Source of the DNA: Isurus oxyrinchus
Lineage: Eukaryota
Direction of reading: 5' to 3'
DNA: 64,000 nucleotides
NCBI GenBank assembly: GCA_026770705.1
Contig: JANJGN010000005.1
Location: forward strand, 185,318,001-185,382,000
Under the pieces are notes generated by a model. It ran no database searches. It was not told the DNA's origin and saw only the letters and a program-made list of their open reading frames with translations. Positions 1 to 12,545 of the stretch are shown piece after piece; the first letter of the stretch is position 1, and each line of letters starts with the position of its first letter. Position numbers and translations under genes: made by a program.

Positions 1-638
1 CCAGTCGGGGGCGCGCCGCCATTTTATGTGGGTGGGCCAATTAAGGCCCGCCTAGTGTGTCGTCCGCCAGGAAGTCCTATGCGCTCCCTGTGCGGGCAGC
101 GGGGGGATTCCCTCAGCAGAGGAGTGCGCTCTTTCACGCATGCGTGCGAAGGAGTGCGCTGATCTCCCTGAGGCTAAGTGCTGCCTCAGGGAGATCGGCG
201 CCAAATTCAAAAATGGTCAAGGGGCAGAAACAAAAATTCCCTGACGTGTCCCCTCATGTGACACTGTCACATGAGTTGCGACATATCCATCACTTTAACT
301 CCAGCCTTTATTAAATTTTTAAAAACCCTCATGTAACCTTATCCTGCCCGTGGATGAGGTTTCATGCTTTTTCCGAAGCCCACCAGGGCTCCCGGCCTGC
401 CTGCCAACCCTAAGGTTAGATGGGCAGGTCCACTAATTAAGTCAATTGCTTTTTAATAGGCCTCAATTGGCCATTGACAGGTCGGTGGGCGCACAACTGA
501 CTCGGCTGCGCCTCCGCCAACCTGAAAATTGAAATGACGCGGGGTGACAGCAGGAGTTCCGCCCAACATCATCCCACGGCATTTTACATATCGGCGAGTG
601 GGCCCCGCCCCCACTCGGCGGCCTAAGGATCCTGGCCC
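1..638. mobile_element. Non-autonomous PIF/Harbinger-type MITE (GC-rich family A), left end outside window
   Basis: Ends in TIR-like GATCCTGGCCC (638) followed by TAA. Related to 6639-7318, and in reverse orientation to 39337-39975 and 45343-45964 (shared 'cgccattttacg..gggccaattaagg', 'ctcatcccgccc', 'ctgcctcagggag'). Confidence 0.75.
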
Positions 639-641
639 TAA

Positions 642-1095
642 CCTTGCAGCTAAAACTCTCCCATCCTTGGAACCATTGTGGTAAATCTGCACTGGACCCT
701 CTCAAGGGCCTTCACATCTTTCCTAGGGTTGGTGATCAGAACTGGACGCAATACTCTAGCTGAGGCTTAACCAGAGCTTTATAAAGGTTCAGCAAGATCG
801 TCCCTGCTTTTGTAATCAATGCCTCTATCATGAAGGCCAAGGTCCCACATGCTTTGCTAACCACTTTCTCAATGTGTGCAGCCAGCTGCAAAGGTTGATG
901 CACATGCACCCCCAGGTCCTTCCGCCCCAGCACACTTTTTAGAATTGTGTCATTAAGTCCGTATTGCCTCTCCCAATCCCTTCTGCCAAAATGCAGCACC
1001 TCAAACTTATTTGTATTAAATTCCGTCTGCCACTTGTCTGTCCATTCTGCTAGCCTATCTGTGTCCTGTTGCAGGCAATTTGTATCACCCTCACT
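642..1095 (-). mobile_element. CR1 LINE ORF2 C-terminal fragment (decayed)
   Basis: ORF 736..999 (-) reads KDLGVHVH...ILLNLYKALVKPQLEYCVQF, the typical CR1 post-RT motif. Confidence 0.85.
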
Positions 1096-1259
1096 ATTGA
1101 AAGACTGTGGAGAAAGAGCCAGGCAGCAAGACTAACCCTGTCAAAGAGCTGGTACAGGCCTAAGGGGCCAAACGGCCTTCTGCATTGTATGAGCCTATGA
1201 TCCAATTGTCTCATTATTCATGATTTATTTTGTAAGGAACTATATCATTGACATTTATT

Positions 1260-1690
1260 TCTAAATTTATGAGGGTGGTTGATGGGATAGATGTAGGGAG
1301 TCCAAAATTAGAGGTCATAAATATAAGGTAGGCACTAATAAGTTAGGAAGCAATTCAGGAGAAAATTCTTTACTCAGAGTTGTTAGAAGGTGGAACTTGC
1401 TACTACACATATTGGTTGAGGTGAATAGTATAGATGCAGTTACGGGGAAGCTAGATGAGAACATGGGGCAGAATTCGATGGGGCTGGGGCCATAAAATGT
1501 GGCGAGCAGTTCAAAATTCCATTGACTTTGGTGGGGCCGGAAAATCCTGCCGGCAGGAGTGGCTGGAAAATGACGGTGAATTTAATAGAAGGATCTGCCG
1601 ACAGGGTGAGATGATGTAATGTGGGAGGATGCTTGTGTGGCATTGACCTGATGGGCTGAATGGCCTGCGTCTGTGCTGCAAAATTCTCTG
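1260..1690 (+). mobile_element. CR1 LINE 3' end, interrupted by a small MITE-like insert (~1466-1580)
   Basis: 'ttctttactcagagttgttagaaggtggaacttgc' and 3' UTR 'gatgggctgaatggcct' are present. The insert starts GGGCAGAATT. Confidence 0.65.
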
Positions 1691-2002
1691 TCATGACACC
1701 GTTTCCAATCCTTGGTATTTATCTCCACTATCAGGTTGAACTGACAGACCTTTAACTCTGAAGCAACTTTGTAGTGATGCTGATGCCAGGCTATTAATTG
1801 TCCGAACATAAGCCAGAAAGCAAAGTTAACCTGATACCTATGCGAAAAATAAATCATACGGTTTGCCAGTTTTTAGACTGTGGGCAAGGAATTTCCTTGT
1901 CTCAGTAAGCATGGAATATTAATGATCCCTGGGTTAACTGCTTTGGTCTGCTTCCAACACAGCCAGTATTAGTGACAGTGCCACTGCAAAATAATTGGCA
2001 TA

Positions 2003-3010
2003 GGCCGGAATTTTCCAGCCCCATTTGGGGGGGGGGGGGGGGGGGCGGTGGTGAGGGCTGGGGGGACAATATGACAAGACAGCCAAAAATCCATTTCACG
2101 CCATCGTGAAACCAGTTTGCAATTGTCTGCTCCACCCGTGAATGGCGGGCTGCATTTCCTACCGCCGCATGTCGAGAACCTAAGTTCAATACTTTAGCAT
2201 CTCGTTATAAGCCTTGCCCGCCGGAATCATCCCCACCTCCCCCACCCCCATACTGGATCATCCAGGCACTTCAGCATGTGTTTCACGACTGTACATAAGC
2301 GGCATGCACCTGGCGAGCTGCACTTCACTCGGGACTTTGAGGTCTGTTTGTCTACCTTGCTTCAGGCAGCACTCGTGGTCATCAGCGCCAGGCTTCACAG
2401 GCAGCACCACATCACTGTTAGGGGGGCTCACAGGTAGGTCTCTACCTACCTGACCAGCCATAAGGCAGGGCTAGGGCTTACTTGGGGAAGGGGGAGAAGT
2501 GGTCTCAGGCAAGGGAAGAGGCTGCAGGGTGAGGGTTCTACTGGGGAAGGAGGGCATCCCAGGATGTGTGTGAGGGCAAGTGGCCTCAAGATGGTGAGGG
2601 CTGAGGAGGCAGCCTCCAGAGGAGATGAGGCCAGATGGAGATGTGAGAGTGTGTGTGAGAGAGTGAGTGGTGATGTCCCTTGAGCTGGCAGTGAGTGAGA
2701 TGTCAGTGAATGTGTGATGGGTTTGTGAGTGTGTGAGTTTAGAGTGATGAGATGGTTGCCTTACCCTGGCAGCATGGATGAGATCATTCATCTGTTATCT
2801 GCACTGGATGACCAATCTCTTGTGTGCAGCATTGGCACTGACCACCTCTGACATCGCCTCCCGAGCCAGAGTGGTGAGACTGATGGGCCTCCTGCGGCCA
2901 GAGAGGGGGCAGGGGACTTTACGGCGGACCTCCATGGCGTCCAGACGCTGTCCCAGGGATGCATCATTAAATCAGAGGTCTGAACTCTTCTTTCTTTGGC
3001 CAGCAATGCG
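2003..3010 (-). mobile_element. Harbinger-type element with decayed Myb/SANT-like exon
   Basis: TIR GGCCGGAATTTT at 2003. Minus strand ~2765-2990 translates *FNDASLGQRLDAMEVRRKVPCPLSGRRRPISLTTLAREAMSEVVSANAAHKRLVIQCR*QMNDLIHAAR, followed by a GTAAGG donor. Paralog at 37.2-38.6 kb. Confidence 0.75.
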
Positions 3011-4400
3011 ACAACCTATTGGACTTTAACTCTCAGGTCGGAAAATAAAGGGACCGGATCTTCTGTTCTCCAGTTTGTTGGCAACCGATGCAGCCCCCAA
3101 GGGTGTTTGGGAAGTTTGAACTTCCGATGGACAACTCCCTTGCTCCTGGGAACCGTCTGAAAAAATCTCTGAGTCTGAATTAGAGTCGGAGACTTTGGAT
3201 GGCTCCAACTCACCCAGTAATTGGATAATTACCCAGGAATTGTAGGACAGAGAATCCTAGTCTAACTCCTGGGTAACTATCCAACTGACCCCTCCACCCC
3301 TATTCCTCCCTCGACCACACTTGACTGCCCCCAATACCCCGCTGACCACAATCCCCACCCTGCCGGCTCTGACCCCTGAGCTGACTAGCCCCCACCACCC
3401 AATTCCCCCTGGCCCTGACTCCCACCACAGACCACCTCCCCAACCTAACCTAACTAACCTCTACCACCCGACTACTCCCCAGACATTCAGACTGTCCCTC
3501 AAACTCTCTGACAACCCCCAACTTGATATGACCAGCCCCCGACCTGACAGCCTCTCCCAACCTGACCACCTACCCACCTCATCCATGCTACCCACCAGCC
3601 ACTCTACCCATCCACCATCCTTCCCATTCACCCCTTTACCTCACCCACCCCTACCCACTTACACATTCACACATTTACCCATTAGGCAGAAGCTTTTTGA
3701 GGCTTCAGGGGTGTCACCTGCTGCCTGGAGAGCTGGTGAGAAACCCACGCATCTTTTTGGGAAGGTCAACTTGGAATCAAGACCCGGGGGTGAAGGTCTT
3801 GCCTAAGAGATCTGTTGGCCAATCAAACACCGGCAGCTCTTACGATCAGCCACGCCACTGGAGAGCCTGTGAGCGACAGGTTCCGGAGTCCCAGGACCAT
3901 GGAGTAACCCAGGCCAGAGGTAAGTAATGTTGGAAGGGGTTTCACAGGGTGGGGGTAACGGGGAGAGGGATGCAGTGTGTGTGGGCAGCAAGGACAGGGG
4001 GTGGCACTCAGCACGTCACCCTTTCTCAATGTTGAGCTCCTCAATCAAGCTCTAAGTGCCTTTGATTGACAGTCCCCCCACCCCCCACACCTCCACCCTC
4101 ACCCCCACCTCTACCCCCACCCCCAGCCTTACCATCTCCAGGAACAGTTATAGTTGCCATGTGTGCCGCATGGTGATTGGCCTGACTACGGTTGGGTTAA
4201 TACCAGCAGCGGTGGGATGCAACCCTTAAGTGGTCATTGGTTGGCCACTTAAGGGATTCAATTGACAGCGGGATGGGAAGACCATGGACCTTCTGCCCAT
4301 AACTTAATTCCGGCAGGGGTGAGAAGGCAGTGGGATTCTGGTACACTGCCATCCAGCCTCATTACATGCCCTTCCCGTCTCCAAGCTCACCGCCAGCGAG
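3010..4400. repeat. Decayed GC-rich interspersed repeats (MITE-like) with a C-rich low-complexity tract
   Basis: C-rich 3290-3680. The 'gccaatca..ggcagctct' motif near 3810-3840 resembles the elements at 44.1, 58.8 and 63.7 kb. Confidence 0.45.
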
Positions 4401-4512
4401 AGCAGGAGGTTCCACCGACTCACTCATCCATGCACTCATACACTCATTCGCTAACTTTGTGAAAAGTTGTTTAAGTGTCCCAAGGCTTTTCCGCATGTTA
4501 GTGAACGCTTAC

Positions 4513-4700
4513 CAGCCTACAGCAGCTAGCGCCTTCAGTAGCAGGGCGAGGTGGCTTGCCTTCCTCTGACGACCTGGCGCAACAAGGAAGCAGTTCCACT
4601 GAAGGCATGCTCCACATTCCTGAAGAAAGCGGAATCGGAAGACCCGGCCAGAAATGCAGAGCTCCATTGCGGCACAGAAAAGTGGGAGCGGAGCAGCATG
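4513..4700 (-). other. Candidate (first/alternative) exon of an unidentified minus-strand gene
   Basis: Repeat-free, CpG-containing island ending in CTG|GTAAGC (donor 4512-4507). Two frames stay open to the donor: ATG 4617 gives MWSMPSVELLPCCARSSEEGKPPRPATEGASCCRL (phase 0), and ATG 4667 gives MELCISGRVFRF...LLLKALAAVG (phase 2). Product not recognised. Confidence 0.35.
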
Positions 4701-5214
4701 CTGACAGTGATTGCCGCTCCTCGAGAGATTCAAGCCAAAGGTGTCAGCCAAGTGCTTATTCCACATTCCCTCCAGTGTGCTTCAAAGGCTTGTCAGTACA
4801 GCTGCTGATCTCTCTTAAAGCATAATTTTACAAAGTTGACTGAGATTCATAAAATGCAAAGCAGTTTGAGCAATACCCCAAAGATACAGGATAACATTTT
4901 GCATCAAACTTTTCATCAGTAAAGCCACTCAGCAATATATCCATGGTGGGGCGGGGGGAGCTGGTGCTTCTAACCTATGGTGTTGTTCCAAAATCTGAGA
5001 ATGCCCATCAAAAGAAGTCAGGAGAACAAATTTGAGAGCTATGAACAAGTTAATCCAATAAACTAGGGTCCTGGGAAATGTAAACAAAGGTACTAGTTAA
5101 TTAAGAAGTTTGGGGTTTCATTTCAAGACCCAACAGGTCAGATCTGGTGTCCCAGACAGGAAAATGGGAACATCCAGTGGTGAAATTTCTGGAAGAATGG
5201 GCCACGGTGAAACA

Positions 5215-5620
5215 TGCAGCCATTGCTTTGTTGGTAGCACTCTCACCTCTGAGTAAGAAGGTTTTGCGTTCAATACCTACTCTAGGACTTGAGCACAAAG
5301 ATTAAGGTTGAGGTGCATTACTGAGGGAGTGCTGCACTGTTGGAGGTGCTGTCTTTCAGATGAGACCTTACGCCAAGTGGATGTAAAAGACCTAATGGCA
5401 CTACGTGGAAGAGGACCAGAGGAGTAATCCATAGTGCCCTGGCCAATGTTTATCGCTCAATAAACATCAAAAAAAACAGATGACCTGGTCCTAAAATTGG
5501 CTGCCACGTTTCCCACATTATAACAGTGACTACACTTCAAAAAGTACTTCATGGGCTGTAAAGCATTTTGAGATGTCCAGTGGTCATGAAAGGTACTATA
5601 TAAAGACAAGCCTTTCTTTT
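5215..5620 (+). mobile_element. tRNA-derived SINE (DeuSINE/SacSINE1-like)
   Basis: Head 'ttggtagcactctcacctctgagt..aaggtt..gttcaa' (A/B-box remnants), core 'ctgagggagtgctgcactgttggaggtgc', and L2-like tail 'aaagcattttgagatgtcc..gaaagg..ctatataaa'. Confidence 0.75.
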
Positions 5621-6139
5621 TTAGCCAAAGATAACCCCAAGTAACTGGCTTCATTTTCTACCTGCAGCGGACCTGAAAGGGCTTTTGTTGTGGACTAAGT
5701 TCATGATCGAAAATCAGCTCTGGCAAATCTGAATCTACAATCTGGAAAAAAGAAATTAAAGTGTTGAAAGGGAGTTGTCCTGTCTGCAGTAATGTTAGCA
5801 TCCTGCCAGCATTTATTGTGGGATAGTTATTCTGGTTCGATTCTTCCTTTCAATCCATTACCACAAACTTGTATTTTGCATTGTTACTAATTACAGGCAC
5901 AATCATTAGCACATCAGTAATAAACTCCCTTTTGTTCTTGGTTATCAGACAATGAACTAAATTTTTACAAAAAAAAATTGATTGAATGCAGAGACAATAA
6001 CCACTGAAGGTTTAGATTTAATATGATTCATTATGCCCCTTAATTTGCATCCATGTTCTATCAGTTTACAGTGCCTATTCCTGATTTCCTCATATGTTTC
6101 ACAGGGTTCAGAAGACATGCTTTTTTCTCCCCTGTGAAC

Positions 6140-6530
6140 GTAAGAAGGTAAGAGCCGGAGCAGGCCATTCAGCCCCTTGAATCTGCTCCATCATTCAGTG
6201 AGATCATGGCTGATTTGAACTCCATCCACATGCCTTGGCTGCACCTTTGTATTCCTGACTAGCAAAAGTCTATCAATCTCAGATTTAAGATGATGAATTA
6301 AGCCAGCTTTTATCGTGGGAGACAGTTCAACAGTTCTACCGTCCTTTGCAGGTAGTGTTTCCTAACTTTTCTCCTGAATGGTCTGGTTCTGATGTTAAGG
6401 TCATCTTGTCCTTGTCTGCCTTACCAGCAGCAAATGTTTCTCTACACCTGCCTTACCAATTCCTTCCAAAGTCCTCAGTGCCTCAATAAAATCACCTTTG
6501 GGCCTTTATATTCCAGAGAATACAAACCTT
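6140..6530 (-). mobile_element. CR1 LINE 3' fragment
   Basis: Reverse complement of a CR1 3' UTR ('ggagcaggccattcagccccttgaatctgctcc..tcagtgagatcatggctgat'); similar to 60314-61040. Confidence 0.7.
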
Positions 6531-6638
6531 GTTAAAGGAGGACGGTATGATCACTTCTCTTCAGGCAATAAGGCTGCATCCGCCACTTGCTTTTAGCCTG
6601 GAGCACTTCTTGCTCTTCTGAAATCGCAGGGTTACACG

Positions 6639-7318
6639 GGGCAGGATTTTGAGTTCAATGTGCGGACGCTGTTGGTGGGCCCGGGCGTGACCGGGAAACG
6701 GGCCGCTGCCCACGACCGGCCCCCGACTGTGATGTCACGCTGGCTGGCCAATTAGCGGCCAGCCTCCGTGAAAGGCGCGCTGAAAGGCTCAGCACTCCCG
6801 GGGTGGGGGAGGGAGGAGGGCGAGCGCTGAAGTCTGCGCGGGTGCGCGGGGGGGGGTGAGGTGGTGGGGGGGGTGGCTGGATGGGGGGGGGGAGCGCGGA
6901 ATGAAAGCACCCTGACGGCAGAGAGCGCTGGATGAACAAAAAGCCACAAATAAAGATCTTAAAATGCTGAAAAAATTGTCCGGGCGTCAGAACGAGTCAC
7001 GTAAACGTATGGATGCTGAAAATTCTGCCCAGACATTTTTATCTGTTTTTAAATTAATCTCGGGAACCTCATCCCGCCCTTTGGATGGGGGTTTCCTCAA
7101 AAAGGCAAAGGCTGTCTGACTGATTAGCCCACCCGCCAACCATACTGTCGGATGGGCGACGAACAATCCCCAGTAATTGCAACGGTAATTGTCAGTGGGT
7201 GCGCTGCCAACTCTTGCTCATGCCTGCCAACCAAAATATCACCTGGCCGCCATCAGGTACTAGTTCACGCTCAAGCGTGTCAGGCGCACGCCTGCACACC
7301 GAGTGAAAAATTCTGCCC
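6639..7318. mobile_element. Harbinger-type MITE (family A related)
   Basis: TIRs GGGCAGGATTTT (6639) and AAAATTCTGCCC (7318). Confidence 0.75.
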
Positions 7319-7712
7319 GTGACTTTTCTCAATCTTTTGCATCACTCCATTTTCATTTTCTCGGTTGTGGATTACCGCAGGTAAATGGCTTTTGGAGCTC
7401 ATGATTTACTGCTTTGCTTAATAAACTTCATTCACATTAAACCAAGGAGCACCTGTTCCCCTAAATACAGGATGAAAGATTTGATCTGCCTGTTATTTTG
7501 CCTTCGTTACAGTCAGTCATTAACAAGGATCAAGCGATTCTGGTTATGTTCTATTGGAAAACTAACTCCACCATAAGTTGTAAACTGACATTGGACCCAA
7601 AGTATTAAACTATATGTTTCTCACTCAGATGGTAAATGGAAAGAAACAACTTGCATTTCTATAGCACCCTTCACAATCTCAGGATGCCCCAAAGCACTTT
7701 ACAGCCAATGAA

Positions 7713-9211
7713 GGCCTGAATTTTCACTCCCCCGGCTCGGGAGCGCAGAGTCCTGGCTCCACGACCCCGACTTGGGATAAAGTGGCCCAAAGGTCAGATT
7801 TTCATTCCGGGTTGGTGGGGTTCCCTGGGAGGTCGAGGCATACGACCCTGGAATGATCCTGGAGGATGCCAGGTGTGGAGGCGGGCTGGGTGGGAGGCTG
7901 GACTGGGAACACCAGGACTGTATCGAAGTTTAAAAAAAACAGGATAACATAAAGCAGCCCTCCGGCCCTTACCCCTCACATCCCACACACTGCCTGTACC
8001 CCATCCATGCTAACCCATGACACCTCATGCTCCCCACCCATTCCCCACCATGGCCTTCATACCCTTCATACAAACCCATGCCCCCACCTACCCCCCTCAC
8101 GGCCCTTTACAGCCCCATGCCAACTTAGTATGAACTCATGACAATCCATGCCTTCCACCCACCACCCTTTGCTCTTACACCTACCATGACAACTCACCGA
8201 GTATCCACCATGGGCTGACCTCAAGATCCATGCTCAGATTAAATAAAATTCCAAGCGTCTATTGCAGACTTTATTATTTTTAAAAAAGCACCCTCATTCA
8301 CAAAAGAAATTTACTGCATTTACATTCCTTCAACAATATTATGCCTTATAGCAACAAACATTTCATTCAATTACATAATCTCATATAAAACAAGCATTGG
8401 AAATCATTGTCCCATTTCAAAGAGTCCATAACCACTTGGAGGTGTCAATCAAACTGTGAAATGGCAGGCACCCCACTGTGATAATGGACAGTTTTTAATT
8501 TAGTCATGCAGCAGTAATCCAACAATGGTAGACCTCAGACATACCTCAACAGACAGAGTGAAATAGCAAGCAATCATTGTTTTCACACTCCAGACAGTTT
8601 TTTTCAAAGAGGAAAGGGCAGGAGTTTTAAATGTCTTGACAGCTTCCTTTTACAGTTCATCTTGATAGTTCGACAGTTGTTTCTGACAGCTCCTATTGAC
8701 AGTTCATCTTGACATTTTTGGCAACTGTTTTGACAGTTCCAGTGAGCTCCACAATTCCAGTAAGTTAATGAACTTTTTACACACATTCATGCCTAATTTT
8801 AGCATCCCAAAGAGCACCTTACCTCTCCCAAAGGGCACTTGACCTCCCCCAAAAGACAACTGACCTCCCCCAAAAGTGTCGCAGGACCATATCCAAGCGG
8901 TACCTAACCTTGCCAAAACGGTACCCTGGCTATCCAAAAGAATCCACAAAGATCAGACCTGCTCCTTCCAGGTCTAATCTGTGCACAACAGACACCTCTC
9001 ACAGCAAACTCATGTGTGAGTGGAGGCAGCTGCTGATATCAATAAGTAGCCTCCTCCGCAAAATGCACATGCACGAAATGTGACCTGAACCCATTCCCAC
9101 CCCCATGAAAATGGTAGGTGCTGTGTTTGGGGGCAGGACTTCCAATTTTCAGGCTCATTTGCCATTTTTGCAATGGCTCAGAGAATGTCAGGCATTGCAA
9201 AAATCCAGGCT
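7713..9211. mobile_element. Harbinger-type non-autonomous element nested in a SINE tail
   Basis: TIRs GGCCTGAATTTT (7713) and AAAATCCAGGCT (9211). The flanks rejoin into the SINE sequence 'tttacagccaatgaa|gta..tgaag..gtcactgttgtaatgt'. Confidence 0.7.
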
Positions 9212-9429
9212 GTAGTATTTATGAAGCAGGTCACTGTTGTAATGTTGGATGCAGATAATTACTTCATAGACATGATCATCCTGTAATTTGTGTTTAAAAG
9301 CACATCATTAAACTGAGTGGGAAGATGTTATGGAGAAAGACAGTCCTCAGGGAGCTTCATTGAGTTAAACCAGCCGAATGAAGGAGAAGACAGTTGTTAG
9401 GTGATTGGAGAAGCGATGGTAAAAGATAA

Positions 9430-9830
9430 AAGAAAGACTTGAATTGATATAGTGCCTTTCACAACCTCAGGCCATCCCAAAACAGTTTATAGCCAATGAG
9501 CTGGTCTCGAAGTGTAATCACTGTTATAATGTAAGAAATACAGCAGCCAATTTGCACAAAGCAAGTTGCCACAAAGAGCAACGTGATAATGGCCGGATAA
9601 TCTGTTTTAGTGATGTTGGTTGAGAGTGGGATAAATATTGGCCGGGATACCAGGAGAATTCCCTAGCTCTTTTTTGAACTAGTGTCACAGGATGGTTTAC
9701 ATCGATTTGAGAGAACAGGTGGTTCTCATTCGAAAGATGGCACCTCAGCAACACACTGGATTATGTGCTCAAGTCTCTGGAGTGGGACTTGAGCTGATCA
9801 CTGCCTGACTCAGAGGTGAGTGTTCTGCCA
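9430..9830 (-). mobile_element. DeuSINE/SacSINE1-like SINE
   Basis: Reverse complement of the 5215-5620 family ('gtgctcaagtctctggagtgggacttga', 'ctgactcagagg'). Confidence 0.75.
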
Positions 9831-11331
9831 TGGTAGTGATTAAGGAATTGGCCACCCATGGGAGAAATAGAGTTGCCCTTCATTAAGGACCTAAACTCTT
9901 AGTGGTTGAATATACATGTGCACATATAACCCAACTAGACTGCAAGGAGAATGAGATATATACCAATGACAAAAGAAAAAGTAATCTCTTACCCATCAAT
10001 AACCCCCAGTTGCCATGACTAAGAAGCCTACTTTATGACATAGTAGGTACGCATTGGACCTTTTTGCACCCATTTAACATGTGTAAAATAGACACAATGA
10101 AGACCAACTTCAGCGGCATGTGTCCTGTATCTTGAGCAAGGCTAAAAGGCATCTGATCTGATAAAACAGGCACTGGGCTCCTTACATCTACAAATGCGGG
10201 CCCAGAAATTTGATAGAGCCCATTAATGATAGCCAGGGGCAAGAGGCAGGTACCCTGTGCCTGAATGGTGAGGTCTCATTCTCTAAAGGTACTAGTCCTC
10301 ATACAAATGACTGGTGCGGCGCAACAGCCCACAGGCTGGATGGGTCAGCCCAGGGGCCAGGTCAGTGATGGGGGAACCGTGGGTCAGGCTAGGTGAGTTG
10401 CATGGACCAACAGGAGGGTAACTGGGGCTCAAAGGTGGCGAAGGTGGTGGGTTCAGGCCAAGAGTCCCCAATCATGAGGGGGTGCAGTGATGAACAACTG
10501 GGAGAAGTCACTTAGTGGTGGCAGCAGTTTGGGATCAGGAGGGAGACGAACAGGCGTTCGGAGGAGCAGGAGTCCTTACATTCAAGAAAGCAACTTAATT
10601 TCTTTATTGCGGGCAAACCCTAGGGTTGGTTTCTTTGAGCGTAGCCCAGGTTGGCACTGACTGCCTCAGGGCAGGCCAAACTTGGACAGTGGAATTCAGA
10701 CTGGCATTAGTCCCTTCATTTGCAAATGCCCGGGGCTAAAGATGCCAGAGACTGACCTTAGGCTGCATTCAGCGGTGAGTTCCAATCCAGATGTGGAAGG
10801 GCCAAGGTTACAAAATCACCATCATTTTAAATTAGAACACATAGCACCTTATGGAGAAAAATAATTCATTCTATTCTAGCGTGGCTCTGTAGTTTGTGAA
10901 AATATTTGTCTTGGGCATATTTGCTCTAAGGTTTCAATATTTCTTACTTGTGATTATAGCAAATAGCATTCAACTGAGGAAGGTTTCTGATTTCTTTCAG
11001 TGTAATGTCATGTCATGTTTTGTTGTCTGATGGGCAGCAAAGAAATGAGATTTTGGTTTCAACCATTTTCAAGCAACTGTCTCCAAATACTTACCAGCAT
11101 CCAACCTGCCAAGGGAGGCAAGCATTTTCATACTGGCATGAAGTTGGAGTGTGTCATTTGGCAAGAGTTCACACCACCAACTTCATGCTGGAGTACAGTC
11201 TGTGCTTGGTCTGCTTCCAGTGCTAATTTCACAGTATAAATGGCATTATTATGTGTTCTTTGCGTAAGTGTACAAGGCTGTTACTCATAGCCAGATTGGA
11301 GGGAACTGGCTCGATGGGCATGTCCACTTAC

Positions 11332-11465
11332 TCCCGCAACACCCACCCAACCACGCCCCAACAATGTTCTCCCCAGAAATCTTCGGCTGCCCATGTCAAA
11401 ATGCACACTACATCTGCCTCGTGTCAGACCCTGTATGCATCACAGAATTTGTGCAGGAGCACATT
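11332..11465 (-). other. Candidate non-coding exon (134 nt)
   Basis: Acceptor tttttacag| at 11466 and donor |GTAAGT at 11331-11326, in repeat-free sequence. Confidence 0.3.
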
Positions 11466-11949
11466 CTGTAAAAATAGGCTTCATTGAATATTGGTGAGCT
11501 CTCTTCCTTCCCTCAGCCACATTCTAGTTAACGGGGTGGGGAGGTGGCCTGCTCTAGGCATCTCACAGTGCTTCTTTGTAAACACTCATTAGGAGGTTCA
11601 TTAAACTAGCCTGGAGGAACGTTTGCAGTCCACAGTCATTCTCCCCCATTGCTGTCAGGAGACATTCCTTTACCGAATGCTTTTCTACTAATGACATTCA
11701 ACAATTGAAGCCAGGAATGCATTAAGTAAGTAATTATGGAAAAGTACATTCTCTCAGATGATGCTTGCAATACAGGAAACCTTAATCTGTTCACATTTTT
11801 GACCCTACTATCTTAAATCTGGTCTTTAATGGGTTTTCCAATGATCACTAACAACTAAGATTGCCATCTAACAAAAGACATCCATGTATTAAAATGTATA
11901 TTTGTATACTTTGTTTAAGAGTCAGTTTAGAATTCTATTTTGGCAAAAA

Positions 11950-12370
11950 AAAACCTTGCATTTATGTAGCACTTTTCACATCTTCAGGATATCCCAAATT
12001 ATTTCACGGTCAATGCAGTGTCCCTGAAGTGCAGTCTCATTAAATCGGCAAAAAATGGCAATTAATGTACATAAGGTGCCACAAACAGAAAATTAAATAA
12101 ATGAGCTGTTCATCTGTTTTGGTGCTATTAGCTGGGAGACAGATCCTGGTCAGGGCAGCAAGAGAAACCCCTGCAAGAAAGGTCATCTGTATTCTACTTG
12201 AATAGGCAAATGGGACCTTAACTTAGCCTCTCATCCAAAAGATGGTGCCTCCAACAATGTCGAAGCCCATCAGTACTACCGTATCAGGCTAGTAGGTTTA
12301 CTCGGTTCAGGGAGTGTAATCTGAATCCACAAACTTCTGACTCAAAGGCAAGAATGTTACCCACTGAGCC
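11950..12370 (-). mobile_element. DeuSINE/SacSINE1-like SINE (old copy)
   Basis: Tail 'cttgcatttatgtagcacttttcac' and head 'ttctgactcaaaggcaagaatgttacccactgagcca'. Confidence 0.7.
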
Positions 12371-12414
12371 AGATTGACACTTTGAGTTTAGCATTGACAA
12401 GCTGACTTATATAA

Positions 12415-12545
12415 TTAGTCATTCCCCTTTAACATCAGTCAATCCACTTAATCATTGCTCATTTCTCTTTAGCGTTAGCCAATTCCCTTTTATCATTGGT
12501 CAGGATCCTTTATCATTGGCCAATCCCCTTTTACCATTGGTCAGC
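12415..12545. repeat. Degenerate ~20-21 bp tandem repeat (consensus ~tttatcattggccaatcccc)
   Basis: About 6 imperfect units, e.g. 'tttatcattggtcaggatcc', 'tttatcattggccaatcccc', 'ttttaccattggtcagccc'. Confidence 0.6.

Noticed and set aside
3321-3806. 161-aa Pro/Thr-rich ORF
   Set aside because: By-product of a C-rich low-complexity repeat tract; no domain or splice support.
4513-4766. Assigning a gene name to the candidate exon
   Set aside because: Neither open frame matched a protein I can recognise with confidence.
5215-5295. tRNA gene
   Set aside because: The A/B-box remnants belong to a SINE head and there is no cloverleaf.
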